Assembly: GCA_009914755.4 (NCBI GenBank)
Contig: CP068257.2
Location: 36,320,001-36,384,000 of the forward strand
Reading direction: 5' to 3'
Length of the DNA stretch: 64,000 bases
Origin: the human T2T-CHM13v2.0 reference genome, Homo sapiens
In this document: one piece after another, positions 40,074 to 54,053 of the stretch
How positions within the stretch are numbered: the stretch's first letter is position 1
Layout of the letters: every line of letters begins with the position of its first letter
The notes under the pieces: generated by a model
The model's database searches: none
Seen by the model: the letters and a program-made list of their open reading frames with translations, nothing else
Told to the model about the DNA's origin: nothing
Position numbers and translations under genes: made by a program

Positions 40074-41907
40074 TATTTGTGAATTAATTTTGCAGTCACG
40101 GTAAGAGTCCCTGAACTTAAGCTTTGAGCTTTTGAAAACTCTGGAAATTGATTTCAAGTTTTATTGTCTTTGTTTCCAAAACGGTGGATTAGAAGCATGC
40201 TGCCCTTTCCCACCTACTCTATAATCCCTAAAAGGTTGAGAGCAGATGGGACACGATGGAAGAGGGATGCCACAAGCCAAGAGATGGCCATGCATACACG
40301 TCCATAGATGTTAGCAGCATACAGGGTCCTCCTTATCTGAGATGGAAGAAGTCGGGGCAGGCAGAGTCCAGGGGAAACCTAAGGGGTGGTTTGCTGGGGA
40401 ATGACCATGGTGGTCATCAGCCAGATTCACTCCATTATGTCTCCCCTTCCTGAGACATTTGATCTCTAACAATGTTAGAGAGCGACAACAGGCTCAATAA
40501 ATGGAAAATCATCTGCTTGAGGAAATGGAATTAATAGAACAATCAGGATGTATAATTAATACATCAAATAAGTAAGTTTTAAAAAATAAAGTAGACATCT
40601 TAAGAATGACTGCTAGACTGAGCCAGCAATATTTTTAACAAGCGCTGTCTGATACCTAGAAAATAAAACCAGATTCTTTTAGCTTAAGGAAAACAAAACA
40701 AAATGAAGGAAAGCAAAGCAAAATAGTTGATTTTGGGGGGTGGGAGGGGATTTTACCATCTCATTCATTTATTCATTCAACTCATATGTCGAGCACACTA
40801 TTGTAGGTGCTGGAATACAGCAAAGAAATAAGAGAAATGTGGTCCCTGTTGTCATGGAGCTTAGAGCTGGAGAATGAAAGGAGAGAGTAAAAAGAGTTAA
40901 TCAATGAAGCAACAGTGAAATATTGATAGTGGCATCTGTAGAGACTGAAGTAGAGAGATGCAATAGAGAAGAACTATGATGCCTACTCTAAATTGGTCAG
41001 GAAATGTAAGTGACATTTGAAGATGAAGAAGAAACCAACCATGTGAAGGTGAAAAAAGAGGAGGAACCATAACGCTGGGGCTTGGAACCTATGGGAGAAG
41101 GGAGGAAGGTTATAACATTAGGCTGGAAAGACTGATCGGGGTGAGATCATGGGGGGCTTTGTGAAATGAGAGAGCTCATTGTATCATCCTCAGTAAGTTG
41201 TCATTACACCACTGTGTTTTTGACACACATCAGTGTGAAATTACTGTTGTAAAAAAGGCTAACCTGGGTGGCAATAAAACTCATCATAGGCCACAGACAA
41301 TTTGAAGGAATTAATTTGCAGGATTGGTTAAGGGAAGAACACTACTAGATGAGAACAGAAGGCCCTCTTAATTTATTTAAAGAACAAATGGCAGCTTAAG
41401 GTAAAAGCAAAATATATGACCACAGTAGCAAAATTAGAAACTACTACTTATTGATAAATACTATTAAGGAAATGCAAAGGCAAACTGCAGACTCTGAGAA
41501 AGTATTAGCAACACATATACTTGACAAAGGCTTTGTACCCAGAGCACATAAAGAACTCCTACAAATCAATATGGAAAAAGCCACAATCCAATAAAAAAAT
41601 GGAGCAAAATTCTTAACAGAAACTCCACAAAAGAAGATACAGGAATAGCCAATAGGAATATGAAAAGATGCTCAACAACATTAGTCACTAGGAAAATGCA
41701 AATTAAAACCACAAGATGCAATTTCACACCCTCTAGAATTAGCTAAAATTAAAAAGATTGATAACATCAAATGTTTGTGAGGATGCAGAGCAACTGCAAC
41801 TCTCATACACAGCTGATGGTAGCCTAAGATGACACAACCACTTTGGAAACTGTTTGACAGCTTTTCACAAAGTTAACTATATACCTCCTCCTCCTTCTTC
41901 TTCTTCT

Positions 41908-42232
41908 TTGTTTTTTTTTTGTGTGTGTTTTTGTTTTGTTTTGTTTTTTGAGGCAGAGTTTCCCTCTGTCACTCAGGCTGGAGTACAGTGGCATGGTCAT
42001 GGGTCACTGCAGCCTCTACCTCCCCAGGCTCAGGTGATCCTCCCATGTCAGCCTCCCAAGTAGCCGGGACTAAACACGTGCACCGCCATGCCTGGCTAAT
42101 TTTTGTATTTTTTGTAGAGACTGGGTTTCGTCACGTTGCCCAGGCTGGTCTTGAACACCTGGGCTCGAGCAGTCCTCCTGCTGTGGCCTCACAAAGTGCT
42201 GGGATTACAGACATGAGCCACTGCACCTGGTC
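41908..42232 (-). mobile_element. Alu SINE (older, more diverged) with a degenerate T-rich tail
   Basis: It runs from ...TTGAGGCAGAGTTTCCCTCTGTCACTCAGGCTGGAGTACAGTGGCATG to ...ACAAAGTGCTGGGATTACAGACATGAGCCACTGCACCTGG. Confidence 0.85.
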
Positions 42233-44264
42233 TATACACCTTCTTAATGACCTATCTATTCTATTCCAAGGTATAGCCCAAGACAAATGAAAATGAAAAT
42301 ATTTGTCCACAAAATGTCTTGCATAAGAATATTTATAGGAGGTTACTCATGCCAGTCAAACACTGAAAATAATCCGTGTAATCATTGAAGGGAAAATTAC
42401 TAAAAATTTAATTAATAAAGGGAAAATTGTGGTATACACACAAAAGTGTTTGTCACTGATACAGGTAACAGCATAAGAGAATCCATAAAACATTGCGTTG
42501 CGTATAAAGAAGCTAGTCACAAAGAATATACACAGCATAATTTAATTGATGTGACAGGAAAGAACAGGCAACACTAACTTAGGCTGATAGAAATCAGAAC
42601 AATGGTTGCTCTTGGGAGTGGGGACTCAGTAGAGGTTTCTGAGTGATGGAAAAGCTTTCCACCTTGATGATCTTAATCATGGTGGGAGTTGTGTGGGTGC
42701 ATACATCTTTCAAAATTCACCAAACTATATACTTAAGATATGTGCCTTTTACTGTTTGCCAATTTTGCTCCAATTAGAAAAGTTGGGGAGGTATAGGAGG
42801 AAAGAGATTAGCAACAATGAGAATAGTTTGCTCCTTGAAGGAGTTTTACTTGGAAGGGAAAAGGGAAAAGGAATGGTAGAATGGTGACTGGAGGGGAAGG
42901 AAGGTTCAGAGTTTTGTTTGTTTGCCTGTTTCTTAGACGGGAGAGGTAATAGCATGTATGTTTGCTGATGAGAAAGATTAGCAACAGAGAGAAAAAATAA
43001 ATGGTTCAGGAGAAAGTGAGCAGATGTACAAGAGGGAGGTCCTTGACTAGGGAGGAGGGAAGGGATCAGGAATGCAAGTAGGGCACTGGCCTTTGCTAGG
43101 CATTGGGAAGGGTTCCTCTGGAATAAGAGAGATGGCATTCTAAATGGGCACTGATGCAGGATTACTATCCAATCATTTAAAATGAGGCCAGTTTGCAACA
43201 CTGAGTTTTCCTCCACTCTTATGCAGCCCTGCCAGTGTAGGTGGGCAATGAGCGTAGACTTGGGTTTTAATAGTGTTTTGGTTTTGCCAAGTTAGCAATA
43301 CTAAGTTAGAAGGGGAGAGGGAAATTGATGAAGTTATTATCTTGATTGACCATAGACTGCAAGTTGGCTTAAGATGTTGGTAAGGACGAAACGATGGTAA
43401 GGGATAGGAAAAAGTAGAATTTGCGTGGTTGATCCTGTTGGTGCTGAAGAAGTCGGAACTGAGTTAGTGCAAGAAAGATGTTGGGAAATGTGAGGTAGTG
43501 CTGGGAAAGTGAAATGCCTGAAACCAAACAAAATAAAATGATTGAGGATGACAAGGTCTAGGAAGGAAGAGGTTGAGAGAAAGTGAAGGTAAAATCTTTG
43601 CAAGAGAGGAGGTCAGGGAATGGAGAAGACAGAATACTGGAAGATTTATCTCATGGATATTGAAACCTCGAATTGTTGATATCCTCAGTAGTGTTGATGA
43701 ACATGTCAGTAAACTAGGAGCTAAATCTCCAAGGAATGAGCGGCAGTGAATGGGAGTCGGTCAAGGATGATGACCAGCAGGGCAGGAAAGTGGTGTATTC
43801 TGATGACGTGAAACTCAGTGCTGGTGTTTTGATGGAGGGAAAGAAAGTCTGCTCTGGAGGGAGAGAGGGAACACTGTGTCAAATGCTGCAGAGAGATCAC
43901 ACTTGCCTCCAGGCCAGGGCTGCAGAAGAGAAGACACTACCAGCAAAGCTGCAAGAAGAGTACACAGAAGAAAATGAATGATCTACATGTACTGATGTAG
44001 AAAGACGTTAGAGACATACTGTTAAATGGGGGAAAAGCAAGTTACAAAATGGTTCTGTCTGCATGAATTGTTTGGTCAGTTACAAATGAGTGGAAAATTA
44101 ATGGTAAGTCTCCAAACTATAATTGCAGTCATCTCTGCATGGCAGCAATGGGGGGAACTTTTATGTCTGATTTTCCCACATTTTGCTATACCTAACAGGA
44201 CAGAGTGAGTGCCCATTCTGGACCAGAGTGACTAGATTATATTCTCACACCTGCCATCTGAATG

Positions 44265-44385
44265 GTCATGGCCAAATTCTGAGCTTCCCTAAATCTCAGT
44301 TGTTTCATCTATAAATTAGGAATAAGTAATATCTACTTATGTTAATTGTGAGGGTGATGTAAGAAATCATGTGAAATATCACAAT
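44265..44385 (+). mobile_element. MIR SINE fragment
   Basis: CTCAGTTGTTTCATCTATAAATTAGGAATAAGTAATATCTACTTATGTTAATTGTGAGGGTGATGTAAGAAATCATGTGAAAT. Confidence 0.4.
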
Positions 44386-44884
44386 ACGACACTTAGAAGG
44401 TAAAAGATAAAAGAACAATTGTTATCCTTACTATTGTATTTTATATAACAGGCATAGATTGCTTTTCTATTTAGAAAAAAAAAAAAAAACCGGGATTTTT
44501 TTTTAAAGGAACTTAGTTAGAACACAGGCCCAGAGGAATGATCACCCCCAGTTCCACACACAAATAACTAGAATTAATAAAAGAACAAATGGGATGGGTG
44601 ACGGTGGTGGAGAGCTGATGGATTCCTCTGAATAGTAATTGATTTGAATCTAAAACCAATGAACAGATTCTTATCACTTCACAGGGAGCCAGCGAGCCAG
44701 CTGTTTTTCAAGACGGTGTTTTATTTTGACTTTCATACACTCCTCGTGTATCTTGTCTGCAGAAAGTTATCTCTTGTGCTGTGGGAAGTAGGGGCCCTGA
44801 GCTCCTCGACCTGCTGACCCCCTCCCTGCGAAATAACCAGGTGTGTGGCAGGATTCTCAACCATGCAGAGGAGATGGGTGCTGA

Positions 44885-45214
<330 letters not shown>

Positions 45215-46537
45215 AAATGTGGAAACTCTTATCCTTAGATTCCACCTGGTTGCAAGAGGGGCCAAAGAAAGGCATCTTGGCGGCTAAGCAGGAGTCGAGG
45301 TGAAATCATTGATGGAACAGACTAAGCTATACTGATATTTAGACCCAAGTTCGTTAAACAACAACAAGATGCTTGCTTTTCAGCCCCACCTTTTGACTTC
45401 CTAAAATAAGAAAAGAATCCCTTTCCATTTTCCATTTCAAACCACAGTGAGTAATGGCATCTTTGAGCGCTGGGGCCTAGAGGAAATTCTATTTGTGGGA
45501 TAAATTAGGAATATTAAAGAACTCTCACCTCTGGGGTACTGAATCAAAATTTCAATTGTGTACTCAAGCTTAAAGCTTTAGACCTAGGCAAACCCCTCCC
45601 AACCCCGTCTTTGTCGTTTCCCCCTTGTGGGAAGTCTGGTCTGTGGTCGTTGTCTTTGAATCATGCAAATTAGGAGAGCATGTGTGAAGTCCTTTTATAA
45701 TTTAGATTCTGTGCATGTAGCTCATTGGCCATCAGGAAGGGTATCTCAATTCAGATGGTCACTTGGGAGGGGGGCTGGATGGAAAAGAGAAATTCTCAAT
45801 ATATGAAAATGGTTTGAAATAGTAATTTCCCTCAAAATTCTCTTTCTCTACTTGTATGTCTGTCCTCTACAATGGAGCAGACCCGTAATCCCCAATCACT
45901 CCCATAACTCACCTTCCTGGGGCTGTGGCATGTGCAGTGGTGTGTTGTTTATACAGCCTGTGTGTTTGTACTGTGCTGTCCCACATGGAGGCCTCCATCT
46001 GAATACAAGGGCTGTGAGCATTTAACCTGGCGCAGGGTATAGTACACCTGGCTCGTGGATTTTGAATAAAAGTCTCTCATCACTCTTTCTGATTTACACT
46101 TAGAAGCCATTTTTCTTAAGCCCTTTATGTTGCTAAATGCATTTCCTTACCCCTCTTCAGCCTGAACACCTTTGGGCAAACACATAATGTCCCTTTCTTC
46201 TACTCTTGGAAGGAGCTATGAATCAGAAGGAAGTGGGATTTCCTTCCCGGGTTAAACTACCAACATAGGTCACACTTATATGCTTGCTTGCCTCTGATTC
46301 TTAAGAACATCAAACTCATGCCTCACTGGGCTAATAAAAGTTTATTTTTCTTTACTTATGTGCCTCTTGGTGTATTTTTCTCTAGTGAGGTTTAGATCTG
46401 CACCTTGTATTCAATGAAAATATTATTATAGAAGAAATACTATTAAATAAGGTAATTTTAGATGATGTTATTAATATTAGAACAATTTTAGACTAATGTC
46501 AACTATCAGCTTGTAAAGTTTGAGCTTTTTTCTCTTT

Positions 46538-46806
46538 GTCCCCTCCTTCCTTTCCCTCTCTCCCCACCTCCTTTCCTTCCTTCCTTCCCCTTCCCTTCCT
46601 TTTCCTTCCTTCCTCCCTTCCTCCCTCCCTTCCTTCCTTTCCCAGCCCTTCCTTTTCCTTACTTCCTCCCTCCCTCCCTTCCTACCTTCCTTCCTTCCTT
46701 CCTCCCCCTCCCTCCTTTCCTTCCTTCCTTCCCTCCTTCCTTCCTTCTCTTCCCTCTCCTTCTTTCCCTCCTTCCTTCCTTCTTTCCTTCCTCCTTACCT
46801 TCCTCT
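46538..46806. repeat. (TTCC/CTTCC)n polypyrimidine-polypurine microsatellite, about 270 bp
   Basis: CCTTCCTTTCCCTCTCTCCCCACCTCCTTTCCTTCCTTCCTTCC... runs continuously. Confidence 0.9.
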
Positions 46807-46884
46807 AGATTTCTTTTTTAGAAAGAGTTAGAAATATATTTTACACAAAATATCAGACAACTCCAGGATCTTCTTTTGGTATTA

Positions 46885-46970
46885 TTTATCATTTTAGATA
46901 GAGGGGTATTGCCTGTCAAAGATTTGACAAAATCTTTGACAGGCAATACCCCTCTATCTAAAATGATAAA
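46885..46970. repeat. Perfect inverted repeat (palindrome): 41-bp arms separated by a 4-bp spacer
   Basis: Left arm TTTATCATTTTAGATAGAGGGGTATTGCCTGTCAAAGATTT (46885-46925). Spacer GACA. Right arm AAATCTTTGACAGGCAATACCCCTCTATCTAAAATGATAAA (46930-46970), which is the exact reverse complement of the left arm. Confidence 0.85.
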
Positions 46971-47711
46971 TGCCTAGATGCAGAAACAGATGCATGGAAT
47001 GCCATTGTATGACTTCACAACAGAATTAGTATGCTGGCTTCCTGACTTGATATTCCTGCCTTTGATTCTTCTTCCCTGTAGGTTGCCAAGTACTCAGCAG
47101 TACTGAACTCTCTAAATGACCAGTTTCATGAAAATCTCAAAGCTCCCTTCAGGGGAATCCTCACTGTAAAGGATGAAGTGGGAAGTCTTCCTTTCATCTA
47201 AGACTTGCAAAGATCTGACATCTTCCTGTCCAACCTTATGTTCCAGGATTGCTTTGTCTCGAAGCAAAGATGGGCTCAACATTGTTTTCAACCACCAGCT
47301 ACATTTTCTAACTCCAAACATTTACTTTCCCACCTCCTGGGATGCCTTTCTTCCTGTCCCACACAAATCCAACTCACCCCTGACGTTCAGCCCCAGTGCC
47401 CCATTTTCCAGAGAGCCTTTTCTCATAGCTTCAGTTCCCACTGACTCACTTTACTGACATTCCTTCAGTGTGTCTCACTTAAAATACCCCCAGGTATGGA
47501 ACTCAGAACTCATAAAACTTAGTGTCTACATTGACCTCGACCTGCCCTCACTATTCCACTGTCTTCGTCACCAAACTTTATTATGCCAGAAAACTTGTGC
47601 CCAGGAGATTAAACATTGCAAATAAGTCTATTTGCAGGATGTTCAGTAATTTCCTGAGAAAAATTAAATAAACATCAAACAGACTTAAAAATTTATTTAT
47701 TCATTCATTTA

Positions 47712-47815
47712 TGTTTTAGAGAGGTGTTGCTCTGTTGCCTAGGTTGGCCTCAAACTCCTGGGCTCAAGCAATCCTCCTGCCTCAGCCTCCCAAGTAGCTG
47801 GGACTACAGGCGTGC
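47712..47815 (-). mobile_element. Alu right-arm fragment
   Basis: GAGAGGTGTTGCTCTGTTGCCTAGGTTGGCCTCAAACTCCTGGGCTCAAGCAATCCTCCTGCCTCAGCCTCCCAAGTAGCTGGGACTACAGGCGTG. Confidence 0.7.
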
Positions 47816-48906
47816 CCCCCCTTGCCCAGTAAAACTGTTAAACATTTTAATAGATAGCATCAAACAAGTGTTTATGCTTTTGTGTCCACGAATTCTAGGC
47901 TATTATAAGATGATAATTTTCCCAGCCCTAATAAACACTTCTCTTCTTTAAAATGTTCACCTTCAAGCAAACCCTATACCTCGTAAATATCCCTTTCCTT
48001 TCCAAGACACTGCTCAGACTCTGTTGTGATGGTGGTCTTTCTTACCGGGGTGAGTAGTATACTCAGCTTGGTCTCACTAGTACATTGTTTTGGCGGTTTT
48101 ATTTTTTTTGAGGGTGTGGTGAGGATTCCACAAGTACAAAATAAATCTCTTTGTTGTGGTTACCTGAGTAAACAAGATGGACCTGGCACTCAAATTTGGC
48201 TTGGATGTCAAGTCTGATGAAGCTGCACCCCCCTGTAAAGAGGGTGTGATGAGGTTTATTACTCACATAATGAGGTTTCCTTGGAGAGTAGGGTGGGCTC
48301 CTAAGCAGGTCTGACAATGGCTTGAGAATGCAGAGACATGAGGCTGGCTGGACTTTTGTGGTGGTTAGTGGATGGGGCTGGGATGAGGGTTCCCATACTT
48401 GGGAACGTTCATAGACTAGAGCTCATGCAGTTTGAGCTACCCATAGGTGCAGAAGGAGGAAGCACTTGGGCTTTCTTAGTTTGTCCCAATGCGAGAAAAG
48501 GGGTAGAGGGAGGAGGGTCCTGAAAGCTGTTGTCAGTTAACAAATGGACTCAGACTCTGTATAACACCCCTAATCACCCCTCCCATTTACCCCCTCCTCC
48601 ACCCGTTCCCTGCAGCATCTCAAGAATCCCACGAATACTCTAACCACACATGCCAAGGGTATTGAGGGAATACAAGCATTAAAAGTTGTTATTGTCAATC
48701 AAGAAAAATGACCAGACAAGTGTCAATCATTTTAGGAGGTTTATTTGTCAAAGATAAGGATGCGCGCCTGGGAGACAGGTCTATGCCTTTCTCCGAAGAT
48801 AATTTTGAGGGCTGCAAATTTAAAGGGGAAAGGGCAGGATATTAAGAAGTACACAGTTTTCATGTAAGAGAGGGGTGGGGAAAAATAGTCATTCATGCTT
48901 TTGTCT

Positions 48907-49020
48907 GGCTTAGCGAAACTGCATTTTTTTACATAAGATGATATAGACAAATGGAGCAGAGGAAAAATGCAGGGAATCTGCATTTTACATAAGATAACAT
49001 AGACAAAATGGGGCAGGGGA
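48907..49020. repeat. Tandem duplication, about 55 bp x 2
   Basis: GCATTTTT..ACATAAGAT.A.ATAGACAAA.TGG.GCAG.GG appears twice. Confidence 0.5.
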
Positions 49021-50962
49021 ATAATCAGATATGCATTTGTGTCTGGTGGACGGCAGGGGTGATGGCTGCACCTGTAAAGACAAGCTATCAATTGGCATTG
49101 CCATGGTGAAATTTTACAGAAGCACCTTAGAGTAAAGATTTTGCAGCTCACTAGGAATTTCCTTGAGGGCAAAAATATAGGGGAGGTGTGCAGCTTTTCA
49201 TCTTGTAGCCATCTTATTTAGGAAGCAAAAAGGGGGAGTCAGGTTTGTGTAACCCAGTTCCCAGCTTGACTTTTCTTTCAGGCTTAATGAATTTGGGGTC
49301 CCAAGATTTAATTTTCTTTCACATTATACTCAATGTTCATGAGAACTCCATACAAATATTAGTATGTAGTGCTAATTTTAAAAACAAAACAGTGAATTAT
49401 GCTTCAGTGGAAGACCCTAAGGTGAGCCCCATTGAACTATCTTCTGATCTCCATGCCCTTAGATGATCCTCTCTCTGTGAGTGACAGGAGGACCTACAAC
49501 TTCTTTCTAGCCAATAGAATAAGGCAAAGGTCAAGGTATTTTGCATAAGCAATTAAGATCTCAAATCAGTTGATTATAAAATTGGAAGGAAGGTTATTAT
49601 TGATGGGCTTGACCTAATTGGTGAAAACCCTTAAAAGAGGGGCTCAGCTCTCCCTGAGAGAGAGGGCAGCTCCTGTTGCTGGCTCTAAAGATAAGATGTC
49701 ATGTTGTGAGGGAGTATACGGGGAAGGCCATATGGCAGGGAACTCGGGGGCCACTGGGAGCTGAGATTGACTCCTGGCTGACACTCAGCAAGAAATTGGG
49801 GAGCTTAATCACAATCGCAAGAAGATAAAATTTGCCAACAACTTGGGTTGTTGGATTCTTCCTGGTCAAGCCTCCAGATGAGAACGCAGCCCAGCCAACA
49901 CCTTGATTTCAGCCCAAAAAGACACTAAGCAGGGAACTCAGCTAAGCCATGCCTGAAATCCTGACCCTCAGGAACTGTGAACTAATAAATGTATGTTGTT
50001 TAAAGCCATGAAGTTTGTAATAACTTGTTATGCAGTTGTAGATAACTAATACATATGCATTGAAGTAATAATTTATTCTCTCAAGATAAAGAATGGAAAG
50101 TTGCTATTTTAAATTGCTTTAAGAAGATAAGAATAAGGGAAGTTAGTGTACTTGGTGTACTTAAGTGTATATAAAAGAGTGTCCTTATTATTAAAACAAA
50201 ATGAATTGGGCTGCTGCTTTGGTACCTTGTGCATTTCACTTCATAAGAGATACAGTCTCTCCTGATCAGATTTTCCTTTGGTGCTCAAGTCCTCATTACC
50301 TTGCCTGCAAGGCAGGCAGATGGGAGAGTCTGGCCTTCCGACTTGGCTCACAGATGTCACAAATATTATCTCGATGTAATAAAAGACTCATTCCAATTAT
50401 ACACTGAGTATTGGATCCATTCCAGCCTCATGACTTTCCAAATTGTCTGTATCAGATCACAACTCCTAAGAACCATTTCCAGCTATATGGCACTATAAAA
50501 CATAACCTAAATTAACTTGGCCAATGGCTTCATACCCTCTAGATGGATATTGCTAGCAAATATTTGCACAAGTCATTACTACCCATTTTGTGTGTTTAGA
50601 CAGCGTATCTCTCATTTCTCCCTGTAATTAGCATTTTATATAAATGCAGCCTTTTCTCTGTTCTAGGGCACAGCCTTCCAAGCAGGGGCTCAGGCAGTCA
50701 TTTGTCTTGTACTTGTTTATGGGGTGGGTGACTTGCCTGAGGCTGCCCTCCAGGTTGCCTAAGGCAGTAAACATGTATCCTGGAATAAACCACAACTAAC
50801 ATTTTTCTTTCTCGTAAAATTCCCTCTAACTGCTTGGGGAAATCGTAAGTGCTTCCTCTTTCAGCTTTGTTTGTAGTTTGTAAGGACAACACCCTTATCA
50901 ACCTGCCTGGCACTATTGTGATGGCTGCCACATGAAAACATAGCTTAGAGCTTCCTTTGCCA

Positions 50963-51048
50963 TCTATCTATGTATCTGTCTATGTATGTATGTATGTATG
51001 TATGTATGCATGCATGCGTGTGTGTGTGTATGTATGTATGTATGTATG

Positions 51049-51093
<45 letters not shown>

Positions 51094-51097
51094 GTCA
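50963..51097. repeat. Compound tetranucleotide STR, (TCTA)n(TGTA)n(TGCA)n...(TATC)n
   Basis: ATCTATCTATGTATCTGTCTATGTATGTATGTATG...TATCTATCTATCTATCTATCTATC. Confidence 0.9.
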
Positions 51098-51257
51098 TCT
51101 CCTTACTCATTTAACAGAATCATTTCTAGAGAAGGTATAGGGAAGAATACACGTTCAATAAAGTTACGAGTGATCCAAAGCCTTCTTTGTGAAAAAGCCT
51201 ATTTTGCAACAATTTATTCTCACTCCCTACTCTGTGTGAAGCTCTTTGGTATCTTTA

Positions 51258-51838
<581 letters not shown>

Positions 51839-53970
51839 GCCCAAGCCTGCATGTATATATTCAGATGGCCTGAGCCAACTGAAGAACCACAAAAGAAGTG
51901 AAAATGGCTCATTCCTGCCTTAACTGATGGCATTACCTTGTGAAACTCCTTCTCCTGGACAATGAGTCTCAGAAGCTCCCCCACTGAGCACCTTGTGACC
52001 CCTGCCCTTGCCCGCCAGAGAACAACCCCCTCTGACTGTAATTTTGCACTACTTACCCAAATCCTATAAAACTGCCCCACCCCCATCTCCCTTTGCTGAC
52101 TCTCTTTTCGGACTCAGCCCGCCTGCACCCAGGTGGTTAAAAAGCTTTATTGCTCACACCAAGCCTGTTTGGTGGTCTCTTCACATGGATGGGCGTGACA
52201 CTTATGACCTCATTTCACCTTAATCACCTTGTTAAAGGTTCTATCTCCAAATACAGTCACATGCTGAGCTTCTGAAGGTTAGGACATCAACATTTTGGGC
52301 ATAATTTAGCCCATTGCAACATTCCCTCTGGGAATGCAACTTCACCAGTGCAATACAGATTGATGTGAAGACAGACGAGCCTCTGGAAATGTCTGAAAAG
52401 ATAGATGCAGAATTGGCCTCCAGACGCTACCAAAGTCTTCCTCAGACAATGAATCAAGGATGGCCCATGCCCATTCCCTAGAATTTTAATCAATGGAGAC
52501 AGAGCCAGTGCCAGTTTCCACAAAGACCCAAGGAGAGGCAATGGAAACTTGGAACTCAAGTTTTCCTCCAGGGCATTTCAGAGGTGGGTTAGTGGTCCAG
52601 AAGTTAGGAAGACCGTCACTCTCTCATGGTGGATGGAGTTCTCACAAGGAAATGTACACAGAACACAGGACCAAGACAGGGGCCAACCCTGTGCTCCAGC
52701 ACTTGTGCAGAGTCATGGAGTTGAGGCACCAGCCATTCAAGAGGCCATGGACAGAAACAACCAGACTACCAGAAAGTGGGGGAGCAAACATACTCTAGTG
52801 AGACATGGTATTATATGCTGAAAATACAACCAAATAGAGTGTGGTTGTATTTGGAGATGGGACCTCTAAGGAAGTAATTAAGGTTAAGTGAGGTCATTGG
52901 GGTGGAGTCCTGATCCAATAGGAGTAGCGTATTTTTAAAAAATATGCCAGATCTCTTTCTCTTTCCATGTGCACACATTGGGGAGAGGTCTTGTGAGGAC
53001 ACAGCAAGAAGGTGGCTCTCTGCAAGCCACAAAGACAGCCCTCATCAGGAACCAAATTGGTCGGCACCTGGACCTTGGACTTCCCAGCCACCAGAACTGT
53101 GAGAGATAATGTCCATTGTTCAGGCCACGTCGTGTGTGGTACTTTGTTATGGCAGCAGGAGCAAACTAAAACACACGGTGAGAGAACAACCCCACTGATA
53201 CCTGGGGAGGCTCACTGAGGAGTCCAGGTCAGCAGGCCTGGACCCTTGACCCTGGCAAGCCATGCCTCCCTCTCTGCAGTTAATAAGAAACTTCACTTTG
53301 CTTGATTAACAGGTAATTCTGGTGGTTTTTCTGGAGAGATGGCTGTTGATACACTCCAAAATTAGCTTCCAATGAAAAACTAAAGCCTCGAATCGCTTCT
53401 TGACTCTATTTTCTACCTGTACACTTTGGCAGAGTATGAGAAATCATGTAGGAAATATCAGAAATGCCAAGTACCTCTCCTCTTGGCTTCTTTGGCTCTG
53501 TTGCTGCAGACAGAGCAAAGGGCATCAGTTCATGCCATCAGGTGCCCCCTGATATCCTTAGACTTTCTGCATGTCCTACCCTTAGCCCCTCAGCATTTAT
53601 GCCTAGCACTGAAGTACTCAGCAGGTGGAGGCACCTGTTAGCACATGCTTACCATGGTTTGAGGGCAAGTCTGCTCTGCGAGAAGGTTTGGCCTGCCTGG
53701 GTCCCTGAGAGCTAATCTCAGAAAGTGAGGGTTAGCCAAATGGAGGCAGGGCAAAGCCCACTTTTTGTTTCCTTTGCTGTTCTCAGTGGCCTCAAAGGAG
53801 GTGTGAGTCTGCTAGCCATTGTGCACTCCCCTGACTCACCTCTGAGTTCTGGCCCCCTGTGACCTAGGACCCTCCTTAAGTCACAAACTGTCTTGGACAT
53901 CCACTTTCAGTGATGTTTTTCACAGAGATCAAATGATTTATTAATTCCATTAGCACTCATTAATTTAAAA

Positions 53971-54053
53971 GAGAAAGAGGAAGGAAGGAAGGAGAAAGAA
54001 AAGAAAGAAAGAAAGAAAGAAGAAAGGAAAGAAGAAAGGAAGGAGAACAAGAA
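53971..54053. repeat. (GAAA/GGAA)n purine-rich microsatellite
   Basis: GAGAAAGAGGAAGGAAGGAAGGAGAAAGAAAAGAAAGAAAGAAAG... Confidence 0.85.

Noticed and set aside
40790-40960. Possible ancient SINE-like fragment (GTAGGTGCTGGAATACAGCAAAG...GTCCCTGTTGTCATGGAGCTTAGAGCTGGAG)
   Set aside because: The resemblance to a half-remembered consensus is too weak to assign a family, so I did not list it as a feature.
46520-46831. ORFs 46520-46831 and 46536-46808 encoding Ser, Pro, Leu and Phe-rich peptides
   Set aside because: They are translations of the (TTCC)n microsatellite in two frames.
50963-51097. Regularly spaced short direct repeats that could superficially suggest a CRISPR array
   Set aside because: The units are 4 bp with no spacers. 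It is a tetranucleotide STR in a eukaryotic genome. No CRISPR-like repeat-spacer architecture exists anywhere in the window.
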